61,367 nucleotides of DNA from Candidatus Cloacimonadales bacterium. Lineage in GTDB: Bacteria; Cloacimonadota; Cloacimonadia; Cloacimonadales; TCS61. Where the stretch lies: NCBI GenBank assembly GCA_030656075.1, contig JAUSOT010000145.1, forward strand, positions 1 to 61,367, read 5' to 3'. A model generated the notes under the pieces. It was not told the origin of the DNA and did not search any database. It saw nothing but the letters and a program-made list of their open reading frames with translations. The translations under genes and the position numbers were made by a program. Position 1 is the first letter of the stretch. Each line of letters opens with the position of its first letter. This document shows, in pieces, positions 48,334 to 58,927 of this stretch.

Positions 48334-48786
48334 ATGAGCTACATTCTAAATTTGCGTGAAAAAATGGGAGATGAACCGTTGATTATGGTGGGATCGACCG
48401 TGATGATAAAGGATAAAAAAAGAAAGATTCTGCTGCAAAAACGCAGTGATACCGGCTTGTGGAGCACGATCGGCGGTGCGATGGAAGTGGGTGAAAGCTT
48501 GGAAGAAACAGCAATTCGAGAAGTGCAGGAAGAGACTGGTTTGAAAATTGAATCGATGGAAATGAAAGGTATGCTTTCCGGGAAAGAGATGTTTCATAAA
48601 TATCCCAACGGAGATGTGATCAACCTTGTCACAGCGGTTTTCGAAGTAATTGAATGGTAGGGAATTCCCAGAGTTAATGATAATGAAAGCCTGGATTTTC
48701 AGTTTTTTGATTTGAAGAATGAATTACCTGAGATGCCGCTACTGGTGAAAGTAATCTTGGAAAAATCAGGATATCTTAATAGTTAA
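48334..48786 (+). pseudogene. NUDIX hydrolase interrupted by an in-frame TAG at 48658-48660
   Basis: Nudix box GGAMEVGESLEETAIREVQEETGL; the frame continues past TAG as GIPRVNDNESLDFQFFDLKNELP... to TAA 48786. Confidence 0.75.
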
Positions 48787-49008
48787 CAAAATGTTGTCTT
48801 TCTGAGGAATTTTCTCAATTGAGCTCACGAAGAATCTCTATTTTAACGAATGATGTCAGCCTCGCGAAAGCGGGGATCGGAGCTGTTTTTGGAGATTCCC
48901 GATTACTCGGGAATGACTGCTGATTATTTTATTTAGAATGTCTTACAGCTTCAAGTCCAGTTTCGCAATGCTCCTCTGAACTCGGATCTATTTTTGTGCT
49001 TTTTGTAG

Positions 49009-50364
49009 CTATTTCCCGATACAGAAATTCTCGAAGATCTGATTCAGAATATCGTCGGTAGTCACTTTGCCGATGATCTCTTCCAAAGCGGTACTGGCTT
49101 CTTTCAGATCAAAAGCGGTAAATTCATAACCCAGATCATTCTGCAGAGATTCGATTGCTTTTTGAGTTGATTCCACAGCTTTTTTCACGGCGGCGATTTG
49201 ACGGGTATTGGTCAAAATCCCCGATTGCAGTTCTTCCCGGGAAATAAGAATATCTTCGATCAGCTTTTCTTTGAGTTCTTGTAAACCTGATGTATCGGTT
49301 ACTGAACAAATCAGGTAGCCTTTTGTTCTGAAATCATCCAATTTACCTTTCGGGAATAAATCTGACTTGTTCAGAACTTTGATGATCCTGCTTTCTGAAG
49401 TAAATTCCAGAAGTTTTGCATATTCGTTTTCATTCTCTTTTCCATCGATGATAAAAAGGATTCTGTGAGAATCCCGAATAATCTCATAGGAACGTGCAAT
49501 ACCGATTTTTTCTATATCGTCGGATGTTTCGCGAATGCCGGCAGTATCAAAAAAACGGATGAGATATCCCTGCAGGTTGATCGCTTCTTCCAGGTAGTCC
49601 CGCGTGGTGCCGGGATGCGGCGTAACGATTGCCCGTTCTGTTTGCAGGAAAGCATTGAAGATGCTGGATTTGCCAACATTCGGCGCTCCCACCAAACTCA
49701 CTTTCAAACCTTCTTTCAAAATCAATCCTTCCGTTCCGGTTTCCACCAGTTTTTCCAATTCCTGCCGAAGTTCGGTTAATTGTCCGCCAAGTTGTTCTTT
49801 GTCCAGTTGCTCCAATCCCTGTTCTGTAAAATCGATTTCCAATTCCAGTAAAGTGCGGTATTCCGTCGTTTTTTGCAGCAGTTTTTCGATTCTTTTACGC
49901 AAACTTCCTTCAAATTGCTGCATCGCTGCCAGATGAGAAATTTTCGTTTTAGCAGTTAAAATATCGCCAACTGCTTCAGCTTGAGTCAGTCCGATTTTAT
50001 CATTCAAAAAAGCTCTTTGCGTGAATTCCCCGGGATCAGCCAGGCGGGTATGGCGCAGCAGCATTTCCAATATCTGGTTCGTGACGAAAGTGCTGCCGTG
50101 GCAGGAAATCTCCACCACATCTTCACCCGTGTAGCTGTGCGGCGCTAAAAAAACAGTTACCAGCACTTCATCGATCAGTTGATCATTATCGCAAATCCTG
50201 CCGAAAGCAGCTTGATGCGATTTGATTTTGGAAAGTTTTTTTGAAGAATGGAAAATCTCTTCCACAACCGGAATGGAATGTTCACCGCTGATGCGCAAAA
50301 CAGAAATGCCACCAATCCCGATCGGGGTGGAAATGGCAGAAATCGTATCGCCTTTATATTCCAT
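49009..50364 (-). CDS. mnmE: tRNA modification GTPase MnmE
   Basis: DTISAISTP, SYTGEDVVEISCHG, GAPNVGKSS, GTTRD, DTAG, NKSD, FCIGK. Confidence 0.97.
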   Translation of the reverse strand: MEYKGDTISAISTPIGIGGISVLRISGEHSIPVVEEIFHSSKKLSKIKSHQAAFGRICDNDQLIDEVLVTVFLAPHSYTGEDVVEISCHGSTFVTNQILEMLLRHTRLADPGEFTQRAFLNDKIGLTQAEAVGDILTAKTKISHLAAMQQFEGSLRKRIEKLLQKTTEYRTLLELEIDFTEQGLEQLDKEQLGGQLTELRQELEKLVETGTEGLILKEGLKVSLVGAPNVGKSSIFNAFLQTERAIVTPHPGTTRDYLEEAINLQGYLIRFFDTAGIRETSDDIEKIGIARSYEIIRDSHRILFIIDGKENENEYAKLLEFTSESRIIKVLNKSDLFPKGKLDDFRTKGYLICSVTDTSGLQELKEKLIEDILISREELQSGILTNTRQIAAVKKAVESTQKAIESLQNDLGYEFTAFDLKEASTALEEIIGKVTTDDILNQIFENFCIGK

Positions 50365-50369
50365 GGAAA

Positions 50370-52229
50370 TTATTTGAGGAGTTTTTTGATCTTTTCGTAA
50401 ATCTGATCTGTGGTTACTTCGATGATCTCTTTCAGTTCGTCGGTAGTTCCGTAGGTGACGAATTGGTCGGGAATTCCAAAAGAATGAACCCGAATATTAG
50501 AATTCACAAACCTGCTTTTGATCGACTCACCAAACCCGCCTTTCAAGCTATTTTCTTCGATAGTGAAGATCGTTGTCACACTCTTTTCCAGTTCTTTCAA
50601 AAGTTTTTCATCAGCTGGTTTCATCCAGCGTGCATTGATCAAGTATGGTTTAATTTTCGGAAAATCTTTTTTCATTTTTTCAAAGATCGCTTCTGCATCC
50701 TCAAATGATTTTCCAATGCCGATCAGAACTATATCATTCCCTTTGATGCGCACATCATATTTGCCGAGTTCGATCGGTTTGTGTTCAATTTTACAAGATT
50801 TGGCAGAACCGCGGGGATAACGGATGGCAATCGGTCCTTCATTATATTCGGCGGCAAATTCCAGCATCATTTGTAATTCTTCCGCATCGGAAGGCGCCAA
50901 GATGGCAAGATTCGGCACGATGCTGAGATAGGAAAGGTCGAATACTCCATGATGCGTAGCTCCGTCTTCTCCCACCAGTCCGGCTCGATCCAGACAAAAA
51001 ACAACCGGTAATTTCTGCAAAGCGATGTCATGGATAATCTGATCGAAAGCGCGCTGCAGGAAAGTGGAATAAATTGCTACAAACGGTTTCATTCCCTGAA
51101 TGGCTAATCCGCCGGCAAATGTGACGGCATGCTGTTCGGCAATTCCCACATCAAAAAAACGTTTCGGAAATTTTTCGGCAAAATCAACCAAGCCTGTGCC
51201 ATCTGCCATGGCAGCAGTAATAGCGATGATCTTATCATTTTTTTCTGCCAGATCGCAGAGTTTCTCACCGAAGACTTGTGAATAGGATTTGCCGTTTTTG
51301 CCGCGGCATTTACCTGATTCGATTTCGTAGGGTCCCAAACCGTGAAAACGCGGTGCATCATCTTCGGCGGGTTCATAACCTTTGCCTTTGGTGGTGACGA
51401 TATGAATTAAGATAGGGCCGTTCATATTGCGTACGACCTTCTTGAAAATCCGCACCATGCGGGGAATATTATGGCCGTCGATCGGTCCGACATATTTAAA
51501 ACCGAGATCTTCAAAAATAATATTCGGCGCCAGAGAGCTGATCAGATTTTCTTCAATCTTCCTGGCGCTCAGTATCGTGCGGCGGCGAATCCGGTGCGGC
51601 AAGTGCTGCACAAAATCCCAAACTACATTTTTGATGGTATTGTAGGAACGGCTGACCAGGATATTGGTGAGATAAGCCTGTAGGGCGCCCACGCTTTTAG
51701 AAATCGACATGTTGTTATCATTTAAAATAACGATCATATCTCTCTGCAGATGCCCTGCGTGATTTAGTGCTTCGAATGACATTCCGCCCGTGAGGGCGCC
51801 GTCACCGATCACGGCAATATTTTGGCCTTTTTCATTTTTCATTTCCCGGGCAATGGTGATTCCCAGAGTTGCCGAGATCGAGGTGCTGGCATGTCCAACG
51901 CCGAAGGCATCGTAAATGCTTTCAAAAGTGTTATTGAATCCGCTGATACCATTCAATTGGCGCAGTGTATCGAATCTCTCATTCCGTTCGGTTAAAATTT
52001 TGTAGGCATAAGATTGATGCCCCACATCCCAGACTATCTTATCAATTCTTGGATCGAAAACTTTTAAAAGCGCAATCGTCAGGTCGGTGGCACCCAGGCT
52101 GGGAGCTACATGTCCGCCATTTTTTGCCGTTACTTCGATTATTCTTTTCCGCACATCCCGGGCGAGTTCCAGAAGTTCTGAAAGCGACAGATTCTGCACA
52201 TCATCCGGTGTTTTTATTTTTTCAAGCAT
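50370..52229 (-). CDS. dxs: 1-deoxy-D-xylulose-5-phosphate synthase
   Basis: GGH..PSLG, WDVGHQSY, GHASTSIS, GDGALTGG, DVGIAEQH, DRAGLVGEDGATH, IRYPRG. Confidence 0.97.
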   Translation of the reverse strand: MLEKIKTPDDVQNLSLSELLELARDVRKRIIEVTAKNGGHVAPSLGATDLTIALLKVFDPRIDKIVWDVGHQSYAYKILTERNERFDTLRQLNGISGFNNTFESIYDAFGVGHASTSISATLGITIAREMKNEKGQNIAVIGDGALTGGMSFEALNHAGHLQRDMIVILNDNNMSISKSVGALQAYLTNILVSRSYNTIKNVVWDFVQHLPHRIRRRTILSARKIEENLISSLAPNIIFEDLGFKYVGPIDGHNIPRMVRIFKKVVRNMNGPILIHIVTTKGKGYEPAEDDAPRFHGLGPYEIESGKCRGKNGKSYSQVFGEKLCDLAEKNDKIIAITAAMADGTGLVDFAEKFPKRFFDVGIAEQHAVTFAGGLAIQGMKPFVAIYSTFLQRAFDQIIHDIALQKLPVVFCLDRAGLVGEDGATHHGVFDLSYLSIVPNLAILAPSDAEELQMMLEFAAEYNEGPIAIRYPRGSAKSCKIEHKPIELGKYDVRIKGNDIVLIGIGKSFEDAEAIFEKMKKDFPKIKPYLINARWMKPADEKLLKELEKSVTTIFTIEENSLKGGFGESIKSRFVNSNIRVHSFGIPDQFVTYGTTDELKEIIEVTTDQIYEKIKKLLK

Positions 52230-52246
52230 AAGCTTCCTTTATTTTT

Positions 52247-52593
52247 TATCGACAAGCACTTTCTATTCTCTGCCTCATCCCCAATGTAATATTCAGCAAG
52301 CTGAATTTCACGGGGTAAACCGACTTCGTCCCGAAAGCGTTCGGGACCACCTTCTCCTATCGTGGAGAAGGACAAAAAATTATAACTTTATTAGGCATTT
52401 CTCCCTCTCCCTTGGAGAGGGCAGGGGTGAGGCAAAAACACTCTATTATGCAGAACCCTTTTATATCGACAAGCACTTTCTATTCTCTGCCTCATCCGTC
52501 CGGCAGCTGCCGGACACCTTCTTCGATGGAGAAGGAAATCTATCCAAATCAAAACCACTTCTCCTTCTCCATTGGAGAGGATTGGGGTGAGGC
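52247..52593. repeat. REP cluster with a 34-bp direct repeat and the conserved end motif
   Basis: TATCGACAAGCACTTTCTATTCTCTGCCTCATCC at 52247-52280 and 52464-52497; CACTCTATTATGCAGAAC at 52439-52456. Confidence 0.8.
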
Positions 52594-52716
52594 TGGTCAG
52601 TTATAAATTCACACACTATAATCAATCGTTACCATTACACTAAATTGATAAATTAACCAAGCATTAAGGATGTCAAACAAAAATCACATAAGCTATCTGG
52701 TAACCACTGGCATGTA

Positions 52717-53322
52717 TCACAAAACTTGTCCGGCAATCCAATTTAAAATCTTTTCCACACCTGCTTTACTGAGAGAGGAAACCGGGAAGATGAGATCTCG
52801 ATTTATTTGTAGTTCGTCCGCCAATTTTTTAGCAGTTGCCAGCGTTTTGGATTTCGGGATTTTATCTGATTTAGTGGCAGCAACCACAAATTTAATGTTA
52901 TTTTCCTGCAGCATTTTCAGAACAGCCATATCTTTTGGATCAGCTTTATGACGGATATCGACCAAAACGATCACTCCAATCAAACTCAGACGATTCCGGA
53001 AGTAATCCAGGATCATCTTTTTCCAGGATTCACGCTCGGTTTTGCTGACTTTTGCGTAGCCATAGCCGGGCAGATCGACAAAATTCAAAAAGCCGTCTTC
53101 ATCATTATCGTTTTTGAATCTGATCTCAAAAAAATTAATTAATTTGGTCTTGCCGGGTGTTCCGCTGACTTTGGCAATTGCCTTCCTGTTCAAGATAGTG
53201 TTGATCAGCGAAGATTTTCCCACGTTGGATTTTCCCACAAAGGCAAACTCGGCATAAGGAGAGGATGGATAACCTGCCGGCTTCACAGCGCTTTTGATAA
53301 ATTTAGATTCTACGATTCGCAT
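52717..53322 (-). CDS. yihA: Ribosome biogenesis GTPase YihA/YsxC (EngB)
   Basis: GKSNVGKSS, TPGKT, DLPGYGYAK, TKSDK. Confidence 0.96.
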   Translation of the reverse strand: MRIVESKFIKSAVKPAGYPSSPYAEFAFVGKSNVGKSSLINTILNRKAIAKVSGTPGKTKLINFFEIRFKNDNDEDGFLNFVDLPGYGYAKVSKTERESWKKMILDYFRNRLSLIGVIVLVDIRHKADPKDMAVLKMLQENNIKFVVAATKSDKIPKSKTLATAKKLADELQINRDLIFPVSSLSKAGVEKILNWIAGQVL

Positions 53323-53349
53323 GAAGCCACAGAGCCACTGAGAAAATTT

Positions 53350-53472
53350 GTAGGTTCAATCGTCCCGACTGAACCTTTGGATTTGATTGATCGTCCCGAT
53401 CTACTTTTTGATTAATTGCTTTCGGGACGAAAGCGAAAAAACGATAGACTCCTCGAGACGAGAAGTCTAACT
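53350..53472. repeat. Multi-hairpin repeat element (TCGTCCCGA family)
   Basis: Homologous copies at 58381-58507 and 58680-58782. Confidence 0.8.
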
Positions 53473-53480
53473 TCAAGATT

Positions 53481-53849
53481 TTATTCAAAATACACCATCG
53501 ACGATTTATCCGATTCCCATACTTCGACTTCAACTACTCTGCATCCATTCACATTTATCTCATTCTTTATTTTATCATAAATGTACTTCGCGATATTTTC
53601 GGAAGTCGGATTCACATTTTCAAAACATGGCAATTCATTCAAATAACTGTGATCAAGTGTGTCTATCAAAGCATTCAGATGCTGCTTCACAATACCAAAA
53701 TCTATGGTCATGCCGATTTTATCTGTTTTCTCACATTCGATTCCCACCCGCACTTTCCAGTTGTGACCATGCAGATTTTTACAGGCGCCGTCGTAACCGT
53801 TCAGTTTATGAGCGGAAGCAAATTGAGACGTTACATTCAACTTAAACAT
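53481..53849 (-). CDS. queD: 6-carboxytetrahydropterin synthase QueD
   Basis: FASAHKL, CKNLHGHNW, DFG, LDHSYLN, PTSENIA, WES. Confidence 0.93.
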   Translation of the reverse strand: MFKLNVTSQFASAHKLNGYDGACKNLHGHNWKVRVGIECEKTDKIGMTIDFGIVKQHLNALIDTLDHSYLNELPCFENVNPTSENIAKYIYDKIKNEINVNGCRVVEVEVWESDKSSMVYFE

Positions 53850-53993
53850 CAATCCCCCAAACCCTTAAATATTACACGGTTTCAAATTTAAATGCCCCCT
53901 TTTCTTGTAAAGAATTTTAGGATTGACAAATTGCCTTCCAAAAGGAATTTCACTTCAGTTTTGGAATGAAAAAATGAATTTGTAGAGGTTTAA

Positions 53994-55391
53994 ATGGAAC
54001 ATCTCAGAATTGGAATTGTCGGAAATATCGGCGTGGGAAAATCCACCCTGGTGGAAGCAGCAGCAGTAGCTCCGTTGAACGAAGTTTTACTATCAACCAT
54101 CCCCAACCGTACCGGAGAAGAGCAGGTTTTTGCCTTTCAGGAAAAATTCAATTCCAAAGTTCTGGATGCTTTTTATGCCGATCCGGTCGGCAACGCTTTC
54201 ATGGCTCAGATAGAATTTTTTAATGGCAGGTTGGACAGGCAGCGTCTGATCGAAGGCTGCAAAGGTGTGATTCTGGAAGATAGAACTCTACCAGAAGATT
54301 ATCACATTTTCGGCATGGCGCAAAAGATTCTGGGAAACATGAGCGAAGAAGAATTTCTGGCTTATCAGCGCAACTACAATCTGATGACTTCCAAAATTCC
54401 CGAACCAGACCTGATCGTTTATCTGAAAGCTGATATTTCCACTCTTCTGGATCGGATAAAAGAACGTGGCCGAGCCAGCGAAATTTCCATTCCGTCATCC
54501 TATTTGGAACAGTTGAACGAACTCTATGAACTCTTCATTCACCGGCATGTGAAATGTCCGGTGCTGGTGATCGATGCCAACGTAGATACTCCCCTGGATG
54601 AATATTTGGAAAACACAATCAATAAAATAGCGGAAGAGATCCGCAATCTGAACTTGCGCGTAACCACACCGGGAATCAGCAAGTGGGTTACACTGCCGGA
54701 AACAGCAGCAACTTTGAAAGCGATCGATGCCGAAAGCAGACTGGAAAAATACCTGCAGGAAAATCCTAAACTTATCGCCATCGCCGGGAATGTGGGATTG
54801 GGAAAATCCACTCTGGCAGCCATTATGCAGCGCAGCTTGAAGATCAATGGCCTTTTTGAAAATCCCGAAGAAAATCCGCTCCTGGAAAAATTTTTGGCTG
54901 ACAAAAAAACTTATTGCTACGATCTGCAACTGCATTTTTTAAAAATGCGAAAAGAGCTGCAATTAAAAGGAAAATCCTTAGAAAGCAGCGCTGTGATCGA
55001 CCGTTCTCTACCGGAAGATTTACTAATCTTCTGCTACCAGTTTTATCAGGATGGCTATCTGACCGCCAACCAATTAGATGATCTGACCACCAGATTCAAA
55101 GCAGCTTGTCATGAAATTCCCTCTCCCGATTTGCTCATTATTTTAAAAGGCCGGGCAGATCTGGCCTGGAGCAGGATTCAGCAGCGTGGTCGGGAAATGG
55201 AGATAGAAGGTGGCTGGAGTCTCAGCGAAATCGAATCCTTGAATGAACTGTATCGAACCTACAGCAAAGATGTTGTTCAGTTCGGTTTTCATTCTGGAAA
55301 AGTATTAGAAATAAACGTGGATCAACTGGATTTCACAAACCGCATTCATGTCGGTTATATTTTTGATGGTATTATGGAAACTCTGAAGTGA
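53994..55391 (+). CDS. Tandem two-domain deoxynucleoside kinase
   Basis: Two P-loops (GNIGVGKST, GNVGLGKST), two DR(T/S)LPED motifs, two RIxxRGRxxE lids. Confidence 0.88.
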   Translation: MEHLRIGIVGNIGVGKSTLVEAAAVAPLNEVLLSTIPNRTGEEQVFAFQEKFNSKVLDAFYADPVGNAFMAQIEFFNGRLDRQRLIEGCKGVILEDRTLPEDYHIFGMAQKILGNMSEEEFLAYQRNYNLMTSKIPEPDLIVYLKADISTLLDRIKERGRASEISIPSSYLEQLNELYELFIHRHVKCPVLVIDANVDTPLDEYLENTINKIAEEIRNLNLRVTTPGISKWVTLPETAATLKAIDAESRLEKYLQENPKLIAIAGNVGLGKSTLAAIMQRSLKINGLFENPEENPLLEKFLADKKTYCYDLQLHFLKMRKELQLKGKSLESSAVIDRSLPEDLLIFCYQFYQDGYLTANQLDDLTTRFKAACHEIPSPDLLIILKGRADLAWSRIQQRGREMEIEGGWSLSEIESLNELYRTYSKDVVQFGFHSGKVLEINVDQLDFTNRIHVGYIFDGIMETLK

Positions 55392-55607
55392 AATCAGAGT
55401 AATTTTCCAACCGAATGAGCTGCGAAAATTGACGACTTTTTTTAAGAAACAGTTCTTTTTAATTATAAATTACCTGAAAATATAATCCTACATTTGAATC
55501 AAAAATAATAAATTTTAAACAATTATATTTTCGACTTGACATATCAGAGAAGAAAAACAATTTCAGTGAAGTCATTTAGTGGACGAAAAAATAAAAGGAG
55601 GATGTGT

Positions 55608-58304
55608 ATGAAAAACGTGCTTGTAGTTGCTGTTCTAACGATCTTGCTCATGGTACCGTTAACAATTTTTGCTCAAACAGGTACAATTGCCGGGCAGGTT
55701 ACTATCGCTAAAACCGGAAATCCATTGGCTAATGCCGCGGTGTATTTGGGGGATTCCAAGACAGGAACCTATGCCTTGAAAAACGGCCAGTTTACCTTGA
55801 AGAACGTTCCTGTGGGAAAACAAACTATCACTGTCAGCTTCATGGGTTATGCCAAGCAAACTCAGGAAGTGAATGTGAAAGCCGATGAAACAACGGTTGT
55901 TAAATTCGCTATGCAGATGGAAGCTATTAGTATCGAGGGTATCAATGTTGTTTCAGATCGAGCACAAACTGATACACCAATTGCTTATACCGATGTCGAA
56001 AAAGAAGAAATTACTTCTTCTCTTGGTTCACGTGATATTCCACTTGTTCTCACGAATACTCCCAGTGTTTATTCCACAGGTCAAGGCGGCGGTGCAGGTG
56101 ATGCACGTTTAAATATCCGTGGTTTTAATCAAACAAATGTCGGTGTAATGATCAATGGTGTTCCTATTAATGATATGGAAAATGGTTGGGTTTATTGGTC
56201 AAACTGGGATGGTCTTGGCGACGCTACATCATCTATCCAAGTTCAAAGAGGATTAAGTGCGGTTAATCTTGCTGTTCCTTCTATTGGCGGAACTATGAAT
56301 ATGATTACTGATGCAACCCAAATGAAAAAAGGCGTTTTATTCAAACAAGAATATGGTTCCGGTGGATTTCTGAAGAAAACTCTGGTAGCAAATTCTGGTT
56401 TAGTGAATGACAAATATGCCTTTAGTTTCAACGTAACCAGTAAAACCGGTGATGGCGTAATTGATGCAACATGGACAGAAGCTTGGTCATATTATCTGGC
56501 TGCAAGTTATAATGTAAATGACAACAATCGTCTTGAATTCTACGCTGCCGGCGCTCCGCAAAGACACGGGCAAAATCGATATATGCAAAATATGGCTGCA
56601 TATAGCCACGATTATGCCGAAGATAATTCAGATGTACCTAATAGTGATCTTGCTGCCTATTTTGCTGATTTCCAAGAATCTGAAGCTGGAGTATACTACA
56701 ATGAAAATTGGAACGCAGTAAGTCCTACCTACAAAGGTAAGCAATGGTGGGATGGTCAAATCCATTCCAGATACTCTTCAACTTTCCTCAACGAAAGTGA
56801 AAATTACTATCATAAACCGCAAATTAACTTAAACTGGTTTACAAAAATAAACGAACAGTTAGATATCTATTCCATTGTTTACTATTCTGGAGGAAAAGGC
56901 GGCGGATCTGGTACTTTTCGCAGTTTGAATTGGGATTATTCCGGACCTTCAAGAATTATTAACTGGGATTCTACGATTGCAGAAAATGATACATTAAGTA
57001 CAGGTTCATCCGGTATTCTGCGTAACAGCGTAAATCAGCAATGGACAATTGGAGCAATTTCCAAAGCATATTACGCCATTAATGAGGATTTGAAAGCTTC
57101 TGCAGGTATTGATTTGAGAACTGCAAAAATTGATCACTTTAGAGAAGTGCGAGACCTTTTAGGCGGTGATTATTTCTTCTTTAACGGTAATGATTTTGAT
57201 ACTGCAGACGAATATGAAAAAGGACTTGGCGACAAAATTGATTATGATAACACCAACGAAGTTGGCTGGATTGGTGGTTATGCCCAAACTGAATATACAA
57301 AAGACAAACTATCCACGACAATTATGGGTGGAATTTCTGCCGTTAAATATTCTTATACCGACCACTTTGTTGCTGATGCCGATGGAGATGAATTAGCCAC
57401 AGAAACAGATTGGATCATGGGTTTCCAGGCAAAAGGTGGTGCAAGCTATCGTATGAATAACAACATTGGATTCTATGGAAATGCCGGCTATGTAAGTAAA
57501 TGCCCCATCTTTGATGAAGTGATTAACGACTGGACCGGAGAATTGGTTGAAAATCCAGAGAATGAAAAATTTCTTTCTCTTGAAACTGGAGTAAATTTTG
57601 TAAGTTCGGACGGATCGCTCAATGTTAAGGGTGGTTTCTACTTCACGAATTGGACTGATCAATCACAAAGCTTTGCAGTAGATACTCCGACTGATGAAAT
57701 TAAAATCTTTGTAAGCGGAATTGATTCCAGACACATGGGGGTTGAATTTGAAGTCCATTCACAGCCGTTGGAAATAGTAAAATTTGGTCTTTCTGTATCG
57801 AAGGGTGACTGGAAATACTTAAACGACTTATTGGACGTTAGATATGAAGGCGCTCCCGGTGATGAAGATACTCTTGATATTTATGTGAAAGATTTAAAAG
57901 TTGGTGATGCTCCTCAAACACAACTTGCTTTTGATACAACACTATTTCTTGTTGAAGGTTTGAGCACTACCATATCCTATAAATATTTCACTGATTTCTA
58001 TGCAACATTTGATCCGTTCAGTCGCCAAGATCCAACCGACACAGAAGAAAGTTGGGAAATTCCCGCTTATGGTGTGATAGATCTTCATGTAGCTTATGAA
58101 CTTCCTACAATTGTCAATGGACTTGAAGTTCAAGCTTTTGCTCATATTTTCAATTTGCTGGATGAAACTTATGTTCAAGATGCAGTTGATAATAGCGCAT
58201 ACAATGCTTGGGATAAAGATGCATATCCTCATACAGGTAGTGCAGCTGAAGTTTATTTTGGACTTCCAAGAACATTTAATGCAGGAATTTCAGTAGGTTT
58301 CTAG
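55608..58304 (+). CDS. TonB-dependent receptor with N-terminal carboxypeptidase-regulatory-like domain
   Basis: AGGAGG RBS, signal peptide, SFMGY, plug IRGF...NGVP.ND, NLLDETY, C-terminal PRTFNAGISVGF. Confidence 0.93.
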   Translation: MKNVLVVAVLTILLMVPLTIFAQTGTIAGQVTIAKTGNPLANAAVYLGDSKTGTYALKNGQFTLKNVPVGKQTITVSFMGYAKQTQEVNVKADETTVVKFAMQMEAISIEGINVVSDRAQTDTPIAYTDVEKEEITSSLGSRDIPLVLTNTPSVYSTGQGGGAGDARLNIRGFNQTNVGVMINGVPINDMENGWVYWSNWDGLGDATSSIQVQRGLSAVNLAVPSIGGTMNMITDATQMKKGVLFKQEYGSGGFLKKTLVANSGLVNDKYAFSFNVTSKTGDGVIDATWTEAWSYYLAASYNVNDNNRLEFYAAGAPQRHGQNRYMQNMAAYSHDYAEDNSDVPNSDLAAYFADFQESEAGVYYNENWNAVSPTYKGKQWWDGQIHSRYSSTFLNESENYYHKPQINLNWFTKINEQLDIYSIVYYSGGKGGGSGTFRSLNWDYSGPSRIINWDSTIAENDTLSTGSSGILRNSVNQQWTIGAISKAYYAINEDLKASAGIDLRTAKIDHFREVRDLLGGDYFFFNGNDFDTADEYEKGLGDKIDYDNTNEVGWIGGYAQTEYTKDKLSTTIMGGISAVKYSYTDHFVADADGDELATETDWIMGFQAKGGASYRMNNNIGFYGNAGYVSKCPIFDEVINDWTGELVENPENEKFLSLETGVNFVSSDGSLNVKGGFYFTNWTDQSQSFAVDTPTDEIKIFVSGIDSRHMGVEFEVHSQPLEIVKFGLSVSKGDWKYLNDLLDVRYEGAPGDEDTLDIYVKDLKVGDAPQTQLAFDTTLFLVEGLSTTISYKYFTDFYATFDPFSRQDPTDTEESWEIPAYGVIDLHVAYELPTIVNGLEVQAFAHIFNLLDETYVQDAVDNSAYNAWDKDAYPHTGSAAEVYFGLPRTFNAGISVGF

Positions 58305-58349
58305 TAAAACACTGAAGTAAAATTCTAATCTGATTCACAGATAAATTTG

Positions 58350-58378
58350 GGGGAAGCTTTCGAGCTTCCCCTTTTTTT
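58350..58378 (+). terminator. Rho-independent terminator of the TonB-dependent receptor gene
   Basis: GGGGAAGCT-TTCG-AGCTTCCCC followed by T7. Confidence 0.9.
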
Positions 58379-58380
58379 GT

Positions 58381-58782
58381 GTTGGTTCAATCGTCTCGCT
58401 TGAACCTGATATTTTGCCGGATCGTCCCGATCTGAGATGAATCGAGTGATGGTTTTCGGGACGAAAACAAGAAACATTGCGGACTCCTCGGGACGAGAAG
58501 TCCAACTTTCAAAATAAGAGTGAATTTAAAGAAATAATTCCGCTCATCTCTTGATTTGAAAAAGGGGCTGGGGGAGTTTGAATATCCAATCCGGAATTTC
58601 CAGAATGAAGTAAAAAATAAGAATATGTGAAAGATGCACTTCCCCCTAAATAGGGGGATCGAGGGGGTTGATTCTGTTGCCTGATATTTTGCCGGATTGT
58701 CCCGATCTGAGATGAATCGAGTGATGGTTTTCGGGACGAAAACAAAAAACATTGCGGACTCCTCGGGACGAGAAGTCCAACT
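58381..58782. repeat. Two direct copies of the TCGTCCCGA-family element enclosing CCCC/GGGG hairpins
   Basis: About 100 bp near-identical between the first copy (ending 58507) and 58680-58782. Confidence 0.85.
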
Positions 58783-58927
58783 GATCAATCTCGTTCCCAA
58801 GTTTGTCTTGGGAATGTTAAACTCTTTTCCATTTTGACATTATCTTTAGTCCATTACAGATGATTCCAGTTTGAATACTGGAATAGATAATGCATAAAAT
58901 TCAGGTAATAAATATGAGGGGAATATT

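Noticed and set aside
48658-48660. Genome-wide TAG reassignment
   Set aside because: TAG terminates several genes at their natural ends (e.g. 25102, 31107, 58304, 61096, mnmE).
53850-53993. preQ1 riboswitch before queD
   Set aside because: No preQ1 stem-loop/A-rich tail consensus seen; the region looks like divergent promoters.
55392-55607. Cobalamin or other riboswitch before the TonB receptor
   Set aside because: AT-rich leader with no B12-box or other aptamer motif recognisable.
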